From Dehalococcoidia bacterium (lineage in GTDB: Bacteria > Chloroflexota > Dehalococcoidia > Lucifugimonadales > Australimonadaceae): a stretch of 57,684 bases of DNA. The notes beneath the pieces were generated by a model. It worked only from the letters and a program-made list of their open reading frames with translations, was not told where the DNA came from and did no database searches. The position numbers and the translations under genes were made by a program. The stretch lies in contig JAGWBE010000001.1 of NCBI GenBank assembly GCA_021296055.1, positions 1-57,684 on the forward strand, read 5' to 3'. Below, in pieces: positions 44,650 to 53,581 of this stretch (position 1 is the first letter of the stretch; each line of letters begins with the position of its first letter).

Positions 44650-45303
44650 ATGGCGAACGAAGAGGCACGCCCGCGCCGCGTGCAGCGCAGGAGCCAGTCC
44701 CGCGAGGACCGGCGCCAGCGCTCCACGTCCCGCAAGACCCGCCGCCGCATCGTCTACACTACCTTCGGCGGCGCCGTCGCCCTTGCCCTCATCATCGGCC
44801 TCTTCCTCCCCGGATTCGGCGACCAGGCCCAAACCCCCAGTCTCCCTGACCAGGGCGCGGCCGTGGGCGCGGCGGCGCCCATCCAGGAGGCTGTCCTTGT
44901 GGCCGACGGCGCGCCGCACGACGCCTACTCCACTACGCCGCCCAACTCCGGCTTCTACTCCCCTACCCTCGCGCCCTGGGGCGTGAGCGACGACCCCATC
45001 CCCGACGAACGCGTGGTCGCCAATCTGCGCCAAGGCGCGGTCGCCATCAGCCAAAATCTCCAAGACCCCGGCGAGGCGGCGCGGCTGCGCGAGGTGGTCG
45101 AAGCGCTGCCAGGCTACCCCGCGTGCGTCGTCATGCGCCCCTATGACGCGCTCGCCCCAGGCGCCGTCGTCCTGACCGCGTGGGGGCGCATACTCGAGGC
45201 GCAGGGCGTGGACGACGCGGACATCCCCGCCTTCTTCGACGCGCACCGCAACGACCAGGCTCCCTCATTCGTCGGCAACGACTGCGGCGCGGGCGGCGCG
45301 TAG
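44650..45303 (+). CDS. Membrane-anchored DUF3105-like protein
   Basis: A basic N-terminus is followed by one TM segment ('IVYTTFGGAVALALIIGLFL') and an extracytoplasmic domain ('NLRQGAVAIS', 'VVLTAWGRILE'). The family assignment is from memory and tentative. Confidence 0.45.
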   Translation: MANEEARPRRVQRRSQSREDRRQRSTSRKTRRRIVYTTFGGAVALALIIGLFLPGFGDQAQTPSLPDQGAAVGAAAPIQEAVLVADGAPHDAYSTTPPNSGFYSPTLAPWGVSDDPIPDERVVANLRQGAVAISQNLQDPGEAARLREVVEALPGYPACVVMRPYDALAPGAVVLTAWGRILEAQGVDDADIPAFFDAHRNDQAPSFVGNDCGAGGA

Positions 45304-45310
45304 CCCAACG

Positions 45311-45565
45311 ATGCGCTTCCGCGCCAGCGTCTACGTCGCGCTCAAGCCCGCCGTCAACGACCCTCAGGGCAACGCCGTCATGGACGGCCTCCACGCGCTC
45401 GGCTTCGAGAGCGCCGCCAACGTCCGCGTCGGCAAGTACCTCACCCTAGAACTGGACGCCGACGACCAAGCCGCCGCCAAGCGGCAAGCCGAGTCGATGT
45501 GCGACCGCCTCCTAGCCAACCCTGTCATCGAGACCTACACGGTGGAGGTGGCGGCGGCGGAGTAG
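45311..45565 (+). CDS. purS: Phosphoribosylformylglycinamidine synthase subunit PurS
   Basis: 84 aa. 'VYVALKPAVNDPQGNAVMDGLHALGF...VRVGKYLTLELD...LLANPVIETY'. Confidence 0.9.
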   Translation: MRFRASVYVALKPAVNDPQGNAVMDGLHALGFESAANVRVGKYLTLELDADDQAAAKRQAESMCDRLLANPVIETYTVEVAAAE

Positions 45566-45571
45566 GCGGCG

Positions 45572-46411
45572 ATGGGCAAGTACAAGGGCAACAAGGGCAA
45601 CCTCATGCAGCACTGGACGCTGTGCGAGGTATTGCTAATCGCTAACTGCCATCACTCCTCGCTCAACTACATCGACGCCCACGCCATGGCGCCGTTCGCG
45701 GCAACGCGGAAGGGCAACGACCCGGTGTTTGACCATGTGCGAGACAACCTCGCCAATGGCCAGTCCGTCTACGAGCAGGCATGGAAGGAGTTAACCTCGG
45801 ATTGCCCAGGCACCTACCCCAACAGCGCCAACTTCGTCCAGCACCTCTGGCGGGGCGACCTTTCTATGTTGCTCTGCGAGAAGGACGCGGGCATAGCGGC
45901 CAGGTTAAAGGCATGGGTGGACGACCTGCGCCAAAGCGAAAAATTGCGCTGCGGCAAAGTCCACCACGGCGACTGGAGAGAACGATTTTGCCAAGGGCTG
46001 CCGAACCCGGTTGACGCAGGGCTACCTGAAGACGCGCTGACGCTTGTCTCCTTCCACCCCTACATGATTAGCGACCGCACCCACCGTTACATGGAGGATC
46101 CCGGGAATCTATACCCGCAAGACATGGGCGCAATCGGCCAAGCACTGGAGGACGTTAAAGGGGCAGTTGTGGTTCAGATGTCCACCTACTCGATTAACGG
46201 CCCTAACCCTCAGCCCGACATCACTTCGCTCGTAGATAAGTCCCTGCGCGTGTACGGCCTTGAGCGCGTGGCCAAGACGCGCACCGGCGGCGACATGATG
46301 TCCCTCATCTACGCCCGCAACGTGGATTGGGCGTGTGGTGAGTTGAAGAGCTTGGGCGACCGCTTCACCGATTGGCTCGATGCGCAGCGCAAAGCCGCAA
46401 AGCGTACCTAG
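45572..46411 (+). CDS. RlmJ-fold (DUF519-like) protein with substituted catalytic motifs; low-GC insert
   Basis: 279 aa, close to the RlmJ length. 'YKGNKGNLMQHWTL...LNYIDAHAMAP...YPNSANF...LTLVSFHPYM' parallels E. coli RlmJ 'HAGNHADVLKHTV...LYLDTHAGAG...YPGSPLI...LILIDPPYE' (recalled from memory). Sampled lines give about 52-55% GC. The gene starts 6 nt after the purS stop. Confidence 0.5.
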   Translation: MGKYKGNKGNLMQHWTLCEVLLIANCHHSSLNYIDAHAMAPFAATRKGNDPVFDHVRDNLANGQSVYEQAWKELTSDCPGTYPNSANFVQHLWRGDLSMLLCEKDAGIAARLKAWVDDLRQSEKLRCGKVHHGDWRERFCQGLPNPVDAGLPEDALTLVSFHPYMISDRTHRYMEDPGNLYPQDMGAIGQALEDVKGAVVVQMSTYSINGPNPQPDITSLVDKSLRVYGLERVAKTRTGGDMMSLIYARNVDWACGELKSLGDRFTDWLDAQRKAAKRT

Positions 46412-46442
46412 CGCAAGTGAGGCGCAACGCCCTCGCCCCTTC

Positions 46443-46469
46443 CCGTTCGTCCTGAGGGAATTCGAAGGG
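46443..46469. repeat. CCCTTCGA..CCTCAGG.CGAACGG module, copy 5 (reverse orientation)
   Basis: ccgttcgtcctgagggaattcgaaggg; the reverse complement is cccttcgaattccctcaggacgaacgg. Confidence 0.7.
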
Positions 46470-46481
46470 CGAACGCGCCCC

Positions 46482-47111
46482 CTACCCTGCTATTGTCCCC
46501 TTGGTGCTGGGCACCTGGGCGGCGGGGGCGCGCGGGTCTAGCGCTACCGCATCGCGGAGAGCGCGGGCGAGCGCCTTGAACGTCGCCTCGGCGCGGTGGT
46601 GCGGGTTGATTCCCTCGAGCACTGTCGCGTGCAGGTTGACGCGCGCCTCGATGGCGAACGAGTGCAGGAAGTGGCGCACCAGGTCGCCGGGCAGGTCACT
46701 GACGCTCGCGCCGCTGAGGCCCAGGTCGAGCGCCGCGTAGCCCCGCCCGCTCAGGTCGACGGCCACGCGCGCCAGGGCGTCGTCCAGCGGCACGATAGCG
46801 TGCCCCATGCGGACGATGCCCGCGCCCTCGCCGAGCGCGTCGCGGAAGGCGCGGCCCAGGGCGATGGCCGTGTCCTCCACCGTGTGGTGCCAGCCCGTGC
46901 GGAGCCAGTCGCCCTTCGCCTCGATCTCCACGTCCATCAGGCCGTGGCGCGCCAACTGCTCGATGAGGTGGTCGAGCATCCCGTTGCCCGTGTTGACCTG
47001 CGCCGCCCCGGAGCCGTCCAGGTTGACGTTGATCGACAGGTCGGTCTCGCGGGTGGTGCGCTTGTATGAGCCGGTGCGGGACACTTGGTCAATTCCTCTA
47101 ACGAATGACAC
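46482..47111 (-). CDS. hisB: Imidazoleglycerol-phosphate dehydratase
   Basis: 'RTTRETDLSINVNLDGSG', 'GMLDHLIEQLARHG', 'HHTVEDTAIALG', 'NPHHRAEATFKALARAL'. Confidence 0.95.
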   Translation of the reverse strand: MSFVRGIDQVSRTGSYKRTTRETDLSINVNLDGSGAAQVNTGNGMLDHLIEQLARHGLMDVEIEAKGDWLRTGWHHTVEDTAIALGRAFRDALGEGAGIVRMGHAIVPLDDALARVAVDLSGRGYAALDLGLSGASVSDLPGDLVRHFLHSFAIEARVNLHATVLEGINPHHRAEATFKALARALRDAVALDPRAPAAQVPSTKGTIAG

Positions 47112-47148
47112 CTATGGTACCGGACTTTGTGCGCCTTCTACTGCGCCG

Positions 47149-48246
47149 CTAGCGCACGCTGAGGGCTTCGATCAGGCGGTCGGTGTCGCGGGACATGCCT
47201 ACGCTGATGCGGAGGAAGTCGGCGAGCCTGGGTTCGCTGAAGTATCGCACGAACACGCCTTGGCGGGCGAGCGCCTCGAACAACGCCTTGCCCGCGCCCT
47301 GCGGCACGCCGCACAGGACGAAGTTGGAGTCCGACGGCCACGGGTCGAGGCCGTCCAGCTCGGCGAGGGCGGCGCACATACGCTCGCGCTCGGCGACGAT
47401 GCGGGCGGCGCGCTCGTTCAGCAGTTCTGCGTCGGCGATGGAGGCGAGCAGCGCCGCCTCGGCGGCCTGGTTGACGTTGTAGGGCGGCTTGGCGCGCAGC
47501 AGCAGGTCGGCCAGCTCCGGCGCCATCAACCCGTAGCCGACGCGCAGCCCCGCCAGTCCGCCCCACTTGCTCATCGTGCGCAGCACAGCGAGGTTCGGGT
47601 GCGCGGGCAGCAGGTCAGCGGCGTTCACGCCCCCGAACTCGTAGTACGCCTCATCGACGATGACGAGGCGGCCGGCGGAGAGCAGGCGCTCCACATCGGC
47701 GAGGGGCGTCGCGTTGGCGGTGGGATTGTTGGGCGACGCCACTGCGATGACCCGCGCGTCCTCCCGCTCCGCCGCCGCGAGCGCAGCGTCCACGTCCACT
47801 TCGAAGCGCGGGCCGCGCTCGACGCGAACGGTGCGCCCGCCGCACACGTGCGCCGTGAAGGGATACATGCCGAAGGTGGGCACGCTGTCGATAACGGCGC
47901 CCCCCGGCGGCAGCACGGCGCGGAAGAGCAGGTCGATGAGCTCGTCGGAGCCGTTGCCGACGACGACGCGCGCCGGGTCCACCCCGGCGTGGCGCCCCAC
48001 CGCCTCGCGCATCGCCGTCTGGCCGGGGTCGGGGTAGATGTGGACACGGTGGAGGTTGGCGAGCGCCTCGATGACGCGGGGCGACGGGCCGTAGGGGTTC
48101 TCGTTGGCGTTCAACTTCACCAACTCCGACTCCGCTATGCCGGCGCGCGCGGCCAGCTTCTCCGGCGGATCGACGGCGGCGTACGGCTCCAACTCCAGCA
48201 GGTGCGGACGCACGAGGGAGAGGGGGTCGATGGGGCGTTGGCTCAC
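47149..48246 (-). CDS. hisC: Histidinol-phosphate aminotransferase
   Basis: 'KLNANENPYGPSP', 'YPDP', 'RTMSKWGGLAGLRVGY' (PLP Lys). It has a GTGA overlap with hisD. Confidence 0.9.
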   Translation of the reverse strand: MSQRPIDPLSLVRPHLLELEPYAAVDPPEKLAARAGIAESELVKLNANENPYGPSPRVIEALANLHRVHIYPDPGQTAMREAVGRHAGVDPARVVVGNGSDELIDLLFRAVLPPGGAVIDSVPTFGMYPFTAHVCGGRTVRVERGPRFEVDVDAALAAAEREDARVIAVASPNNPTANATPLADVERLLSAGRLVIVDEAYYEFGGVNAADLLPAHPNLAVLRTMSKWGGLAGLRVGYGLMAPELADLLLRAKPPYNVNQAAEAALLASIADAELLNERAARIVAERERMCAALAELDGLDPWPSDSNFVLCGVPQGAGKALFEALARQGVFVRYFSEPRLADFLRISVGMSRDTDRLIEALSVR

Positions 48247-49532
48247 GGCGCGCTCCTAGTCTCGCCTTCGAGGCGGCGCTCGACCGCGCGCGCGTGGGCG
48301 GTGAGGCCTTCGGCGCGGGCGATGGCGGCGGCGGTCGGCCCCAGGCGATGCACGGTGCCGCCGTCCAGCGCGACCACCGGCATAAAGCGCAGGAAGTGGC
48401 GTACGCCGAGGTAGGAGGCGAAGCGGGCGGTTCCCGCCGTTGGCATCGTGTGGCTGGGGCCCGCCGCGTAGTCGCCCAGCACCTCGGGGCTGTTCTCGCC
48501 GACGAACACGCCCCCGGCGTTGCGGACGCCCGCGGCGGCGGTCTCGGCATTCTCGACCAGCAGGCAGACATGCTCCGGGGCGTAGGCGTTCGCCAGCTCC
48601 ACGGCCTCCTCGATGGACGAAACGACGGCGGCGACGCCCTGGCGCTCAACCGCTCCGGCGGCGATTGCGACGCGCTCCAGCGAGCCTACCTGCGCCTCCA
48701 CCTGGGCGGCTACGCGCTCCGCCACGCCCTGCGACAGAGCGATGAGGATGGGCGAGGCCATAGCGTCGTGCTCCGCCTGGGCGAGCAGGTCGGCGGCGGC
48801 AAGGGCGGGGTCGGCGGACTCGTCCACGATGATGAGCGTCTCCGTCGGCCCGTAGAGGCCGTCGATGTCCGTCTCGCCGTAGACGGCGCGCTTGGCGAGC
48901 GTTACGTACAGGTTGCCCGCGCCGCACACCTTGTCCACGCGCGGCACGCTCTCCGTCCCGAACGCCATCGCCGCAATCGCCTGCGCGCCGCCAATGGCGA
49001 ACAGGCGGTCGACGCCCGCAATCTTCGCGGCGGCGAGCAGAGCGTCGGTGGGGTTCGGCGTGCACACCACTACCTCCCCTACCCCGGCGACCTTGGCCGG
49101 TATCGCGTCCATCAGCACGGAGGAGGCGTAGTTGCCGCCGGGGACGTATATCCCGACGCGCTCCAAGGGCACGACGCGCTCGCCCCACCCCATCGCCTCG
49201 TCGCGCCACGACGACGGCATGGAGGCGTGGTGGAACGCGCGGATGCGCTCGGCGGCGGCGGCCAGCGCGTCCGCAAGGGCGGTAGGGACGCGCTCGGCGG
49301 CGGCGTCCCACTCGGGCGCGGGAACCTCGAGATCGTCGAGCGTAACGGAGTCGATGCGCTTGGCGTGCTCGCGCACGGCAGCGTCGCCCCGCTCCCGCAC
49401 GTCGGCGACGATGCGCTCAACCGTCTCGGCGGCTTGGGGCGCAGCGTGTCCTGCGAGGCCGGTTATGAGCTCCATGCCGGGGCGGCGCGTGAGCAGGCGG
49501 CGCGCCTCCGTCAGGTCGGTCACGATCCGCAT
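48243..49532 (-). CDS. hisD: Histidinol dehydrogenase
   Basis: 'VGIYVPGG', 'IGGAQAIAAMAFGTESVPRVDKVCGAGNLYV', 'AQAEHD', 'GDYAAGPSHTMPT'. I chose the ATG at 49532; the track ORF 48243..50462 fuses out-of-frame hisG DNA. Confidence 0.95.
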   Translation of the reverse strand: MRIVTDLTEARRLLTRRPGMELITGLAGHAAPQAAETVERIVADVRERGDAAVREHAKRIDSVTLDDLEVPAPEWDAAAERVPTALADALAAAAERIRAFHHASMPSSWRDEAMGWGERVVPLERVGIYVPGGNYASSVLMDAIPAKVAGVGEVVVCTPNPTDALLAAAKIAGVDRLFAIGGAQAIAAMAFGTESVPRVDKVCGAGNLYVTLAKRAVYGETDIDGLYGPTETLIIVDESADPALAAADLLAQAEHDAMASPILIALSQGVAERVAAQVEAQVGSLERVAIAAGAVERQGVAAVVSSIEEAVELANAYAPEHVCLLVENAETAAAGVRNAGGVFVGENSPEVLGDYAAGPSHTMPTAGTARFASYLGVRHFLRFMPVVALDGGTVHRLGPTAAAIARAEGLTAHARAVERRLEGETRSAP

Positions 49533-50554
49533 CGGCGCTCCATAGCCGCGAGCAAGCGCCGGTATGCGCCGCTCTCCTGCCCGAAGACGTAGCCCGCCTC
49601 GGAGATGGTCACCGACGCGCCGCCGATGGCGCGGAAGTGATCGACGATAGCGGTGAGATTGGCGCGGTGGGCCAGCACGGTCACCGCGTGCCACGAGCCG
49701 CCGTCCGCCGTGAAGACGGGCGAGACGGTCGGGCCGCGCAGCCCGGCGGCCTCGCCGCGCTCGAGCACCTTGGCCGCCACCGCGGCCTCCGACGCGCCCT
49801 CGATGTTCGCCGTTACGCGCAGGTAGCCCTCCGCGCGGCGGTGCGCCTCCACCCGCTCGACAATCTCGCGCGCCGCCTCCAACGCGGCGGGGGCGGCGGC
49901 CAGCGCGCGCAGGTTGACGACGAAGCAGCCCTCGGATCGGATGACCACACCGTCCACTAGACGCTTGAGGCGGTTCTCGCGCAGCGTGGCGCCGGTGGCG
50001 GTTACGTCGATGATGATGTCCGCGTGCCCCATCGCCGGGGCGGCCTCGAGCGCGCCCGACACCTGGGGCATGCTGAAGTAGTTCACGCCGTGGCTGAAGA
50101 GGAAGCGGCGCGCCAGGCGCTGCGCCTTGGTGGCGATGCGCAGTTCCCTGCCCGACTCGCGGAACTCCACCGCCAGGTCGGCCAGGTCGGCCATCGACTC
50201 CACGTCCACCCACGCCTCGGGAACGGCGGCGACCAGCTCGCAGCGCCCGAAGCCGAGGTCTTGGAGCACGATCTCCGTGTCGCCGCCCTCGACGCGCCTT
50301 TCCTGGAAGTCGTCGTAGCCGACGAACCCCGCGTGCGCGTTGGCCGCCTCCATGTGCCCGGTGATGTCCCGAGCGCGCTGGAACATCACCTCCACGCCCT
50401 CGACGGCGGGGATGCTCCCCACGTAACGCCGCGCGTTGGGGCGGCTCACCGCCATGCCGCACGCGGCGAGGAAGGCGAGCGTCGGCTCGTACATCGCGCC
50501 GTCGCTCGGGATCGCCAGGCGCAGGCGCGCGCTAGGCGGGGCGCTCGTCGACAC
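49520..50554 (-). CDS. hisG: ATP phosphoribosyltransferase, long form with a C-terminal regulatory domain
   Basis: 'RLRLAIPSDGAMYEPTLAFLAACG', 'IIDVTATGATLRENRL', and a HisG_C-like tail 'GLRGPTVSPVF...HAVTVL...GASVTI'. Confidence 0.9.
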   Translation of the reverse strand: MSTSAPPSARLRLAIPSDGAMYEPTLAFLAACGMAVSRPNARRYVGSIPAVEGVEVMFQRARDITGHMEAANAHAGFVGYDDFQERRVEGGDTEIVLQDLGFGRCELVAAVPEAWVDVESMADLADLAVEFRESGRELRIATKAQRLARRFLFSHGVNYFSMPQVSGALEAAPAMGHADIIIDVTATGATLRENRLKRLVDGVVIRSEGCFVVNLRALAAAPAALEAAREIVERVEAHRRAEGYLRVTANIEGASEAAVAAKVLERGEAAGLRGPTVSPVFTADGGSWHAVTVLAHRANLTAIVDHFRAIGGASVTISEAGYVFGQESGAYRRLLAAMERRCGS

Positions 50555-51935
50555 TGCCGTCCCTCCCTACCCTCATAATCGTTTCGATGCCCCGCCGCTT
50601 GGCGTAGGCCGCCGCCGCCGCGTCGCCGTCGTGCGACAGGTCGAGCTCCACCGGGATGCCCTGCGCGCGCAGCCGCTCCGCCGTCGCCACCGCTTGGCCG
50701 ACGGCCGTCTCCTGCGCCGTCACCAGCACGCGGCCCGCGGACGGCGCGTCGGCATCGCCGAACCCGTCCGACAGCAGCTCGGAGACGCGCTCGAGGCTCA
50801 ACGCGAACCCCAGCGCGGGGATGTCCTGCACCTCGCCCAACGCCTTGACCAGGCCGTCGTAGCGTCCGCCGCCGCCCAGGGGCGGAGCGCCCGCAACGCC
50901 GTCGTGCTCCACCTCGAACACCACGCCCGTGTAGTAGGCGATGCCGGAGGTCGCGCCCAGGTCGAGCACGAGCGGCGCGCCCATCAGGTCGTAGCGCCCG
51001 AGCGCGTCGAAGAGTCGGTCAATGGGCGCGAGCAGGCCGTCGTCGAGGTTGTGCTCGGCCAGCAGCTCGGCGGCGCGCTTGCGCGCGGCCTCCGGCTCTC
51101 CCGCCGCGTCCGCCAGGCCGACGGCGAAGGAGAGGGCGCGCTCGACGCGGGCGGGGTCTTCCGCCTCGCGCACCTTCTTGAGGTAACGGCGCAGTATCTC
51201 TTCCGGCGTGCGCTGACCTGCGCCTGCGGCCACCGTATCGGCGAACAGCGCCTCCACCATCTCGCGCGCCTCGTCCGGATCGAGGCGCGCCGCGAGCGCC
51301 GACAGCCGCCGTGCGCGTCCGCCGCTGAGTATCCCTAACGCCTCGGCGCGGCGGCGCGCCTCTTCCGCGCCGCCCTCTGCGCGCAACAGGCCGAGGTTGC
51401 CGTGGATGAAGACGCGCGCGCGTTCGGTCAGGCCCATCGCCTCGAGGATGGCGTTGACGACCCCCACGTGGCTGATGCGCACGCGGTGGCCCGAGACGCC
51501 CAGCAACGCGAGCCCTTGCGCGGCAAGCGCAATCACCTCGGCGTCGGCGGCCTCTCCCGCCACGCCGAGCAGCTCCGCGCCCAGCTGCTCGTACTCCAAC
51601 GCGCCGGAGCCGTCGGCGCTCGGCTCGTAGCGGAACACCGGCCCCGCGTATTGCAGGCGCAACGGCAGCGGGCCGCGCAGCGAGCCGTCCACGTAGGCGC
51701 GGACGACGGAGGAGGTGAACTCGGGGCGCAAGCTGACGCTCCGTCCGCTAGGGTCGGTGAAGCTGTACATTCGGGCGGCCAACTCCCCGCCCGACTTGCG
51801 CAGGAACAGGTCGGTCTGCTCCAACGTCGGCAGCTCCACCGCGTCATAGCCGCGGCGGTCGAGGAAAGTGCGCAGCCGCTCACGGATGGCCGAGCGCCGC
51901 CGCCATGCGGTGTTGTTGAGGTCGCGTGCTCCCAT
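50532..51935 (-). CDS. Histidyl-tRNA-synthetase paralog (HisZ-like) with a degenerate HisA motif but a retained C-terminal anticodon-binding-like domain
   Basis: 'LRPEFTSSVVRAY', 'GPVFRYEPSADGSGALEYEQLGAELLG' (a canonical HisRS has FRYERPQ.GR.REF.Q here), 'GGGGRYDGL', and a C-terminal 'RVLVTAQETAVGQAVATAERLRAQGIPVELDL'. It overlaps hisG by 23 nt. Confidence 0.65.
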   Translation of the reverse strand: MGARDLNNTAWRRRSAIRERLRTFLDRRGYDAVELPTLEQTDLFLRKSGGELAARMYSFTDPSGRSVSLRPEFTSSVVRAYVDGSLRGPLPLRLQYAGPVFRYEPSADGSGALEYEQLGAELLGVAGEAADAEVIALAAQGLALLGVSGHRVRISHVGVVNAILEAMGLTERARVFIHGNLGLLRAEGGAEEARRRAEALGILSGGRARRLSALAARLDPDEAREMVEALFADTVAAGAGQRTPEEILRRYLKKVREAEDPARVERALSFAVGLADAAGEPEAARKRAAELLAEHNLDDGLLAPIDRLFDALGRYDLMGAPLVLDLGATSGIAYYTGVVFEVEHDGVAGAPPLGGGGRYDGLVKALGEVQDIPALGFALSLERVSELLSDGFGDADAPSAGRVLVTAQETAVGQAVATAERLRAQGIPVELDLSHDGDAAAAAYAKRRGIETIMRVGRDGSVDERPA

Positions 51936-51990
51936 TGCGCCGCACTATGCCCGATGCGCTTGACGCGCCCCGGCCCGTATACATTCTAGC

Positions 51991-52827
51991 CTAGCGGGAG
52001 GCGGGAGGCGGCGACGCCAGCGTAACTTCGCCGTCGCGCAGCGCGATCAACTCCCCCGCATCCGTGCGCACCAGCAACTCGCCGCCATCGCCCACGCCCT
52101 CCGCGGCGCCTGCGAAGCGCCGCTCCCGGGAGCGCGCCTCCACTCGCTGGCCGAGCGTCGCCAAGCGGCGGCGGTAGGCGTCTAGGAGCGCCGCCGGGCG
52201 TTCCGCGTCCGCTAGCCGCTCGTTGAAGGCGGCGACGACGGCATCGGCCGCAGTGAGCGTGTCGACGCGGCGCCCCGTCGCGTCGACGATACTTGTGGCG
52301 GCCTCGAGGCCGGGGGCGGACAGGTCGATGGCCAGGTTCAGCCCCACGCCCACGACGGCAAGGGAACGGCCTGCCGTATCCACCCTGCTCTCAATCAAAA
52401 TTCCGCATGTCTTGCGCTCGTTCAGGAGCACGTCGTTCGGCCATTTCAGCGTGGAGGCGACGCCGGCGAGGGCGTCTACGGCATCCGCGGCCGCAAGCGC
52501 GGCCACCATGCTGAGGCGGCTTGCTGCCTCGGCGCGCGCCTCCACCGTCAGCGACAGCAGCAGTGAGCCGCCCGGCTCGGAGCGCCACGGGCGCCCGAAG
52601 CGCCCCCTGCCCGCCGTCTGCGTCAGCGCCATCACGCCCACGGCGGGGTCGGCGAGCCGCCACGCGGCGTTCATCGTGGACGCGGCCTCGTCGTAGCACA
52701 CGATGCGCCGCGCAACGCCCCGGCCGGGGCGCCAGCGCTCCCAAACGACGCGGTCGGTCAAGCGAGCTCCTCCTGCTCCGATGGGGCAAGGGTACGGGCA
52801 AGCGGCGGCGCCGTGAAGGGGGCGCAC
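51991..52827 (-). CDS. birA: Biotin-[acetyl-CoA-carboxylase] ligase
   Basis: 'YDEAASTMN', 'TQTAGRGRFGRPWRSEPGGSLLLS', 'LKWPNDVLL'. The start is uncertain: GTG at 52827 or TTG at 52761. Confidence 0.8.
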   Translation of the reverse strand: MRPLHGAAACPYPCPIGAGGARLTDRVVWERWRPGRGVARRIVCYDEAASTMNAAWRLADPAVGVMALTQTAGRGRFGRPWRSEPGGSLLLSLTVEARAEAASRLSMVAALAAADAVDALAGVASTLKWPNDVLLNERKTCGILIESRVDTAGRSLAVVGVGLNLAIDLSAPGLEAATSIVDATGRRVDTLTAADAVVAAFNERLADAERPAALLDAYRRRLATLGQRVEARSRERRFAGAAEGVGDGGELLVRTDAGELIALRDGEVTLASPPPASR

Positions 52828-52873
52828 TTGGGGCGAAGCGAGCGCGTAGGCTATAGTGAGGCGCAGGCCGCGA

Positions 52874-52948
52874 GCGGGAGTAGCTCAGTGGCAGAGCATC
52901 TGCCTTCCAAGCAGATCGTCGTGGGTTCGATTCCCATCTCCCGCTCCA
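52874..52948 (+). tRNA. tRNA-Gly (anticodon UCC)
   Basis: GCGGGAGTAGCTCAGTGGCAGAGCATCTGCCTTCCAAGCAGATCGTCGTGGGTTCGATTCCCATCTCCCGCTCCA folds as a cloverleaf, with anticodon loop CTTCCAA and an encoded CCA. Confidence 0.9.
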
Positions 52949-53031
52949 CCGGGGTGCCCTACCCACAGTCGTCCGCCGCCCGCGCATTGCGCTGGAAACC
53001 TTGACGGATGAATGGCCTGCGCGCCCCGCCC

Positions 53032-53466
53032 CTACTCCAGCCCCGCTAGCAACCCCGTGGACTGCCCTACTTCGATCAGGTAGCCGTCGGGGTCGCGCAT
53101 ATAGCAGCGGATCTCGCCGCCTCGGTCGATGGGCGGGGTGAGGAACTCGGCGCCCTTGGCGCGCCATTCCTCATAGCAGGCGGCAATGTCGGCCACGCGC
53201 AGGTTCATGAAGCTGTCGAGGCGGGACGGGTCGGCGGGCGGTTGGACGTCGAGGCCCGGCTGGTCGGACACGGCGGCGGCGGCGCGGCCCAGGGCGACCC
53301 AGCCGTTGGCGAGCTGCACGAGGCTGAACGAAGGGCTGTCCATCACCACTACGCCGCCGAGCACGTCGCGGTAGAAGTCGCGCGAGCGGGCGCAGTCGCG
53401 CACGGTGAGCTGGTGGACGACGAGGAACCCGGCGTCGGGGTGTGGGAAGTGGTCGCGGCGGTTCAT
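53032..53466 (-). CDS. VOC (glyoxalase/bleomycin-resistance/dioxygenase) family protein
   Basis: 'HQLTVRDCARSRDFYRDVLGG', 'IRCYMRDPDGYLIEVGQ'. Confidence 0.75.
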   Translation of the reverse strand: MNRRDHFPHPDAGFLVVHQLTVRDCARSRDFYRDVLGGVVVMDSPSFSLVQLANGWVALGRAAAAVSDQPGLDVQPPADPSRLDSFMNLRVADIAACYEEWRAKGAEFLTPPIDRGGEIRCYMRDPDGYLIEVGQSTGLLAGLE

Positions 53467-53544
53467 AGCGACGCCGTTATATCAGAGGGAGCGGCGCGGC
53501 GTTGAGGCGAGCGCCGTAGCACGGTGATGCGGGGATTCCGTTCA

Positions 53545-53571
53545 CCCTTCGAGTTCCCTCAGGGCGAACGG
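53545..53571. repeat. CCCTTCGA..CCTCAGGGCGAACGG module, copy 6
   Basis: cccttcgagttccctcagggcgaacgg. Confidence 0.7.
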
Positions 53572-53581
53572 AGCAAGGCGA

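Noticed and set aside
52391-53167. A 258-aa minus-strand ORF and a 63-aa plus-strand ORF (52813..53004) spanning tRNA-Gly
   Set aside because: They overlap a well-folded tRNA and the birA 5' region. Their composition is Arg/Pro-rich with no motifs.
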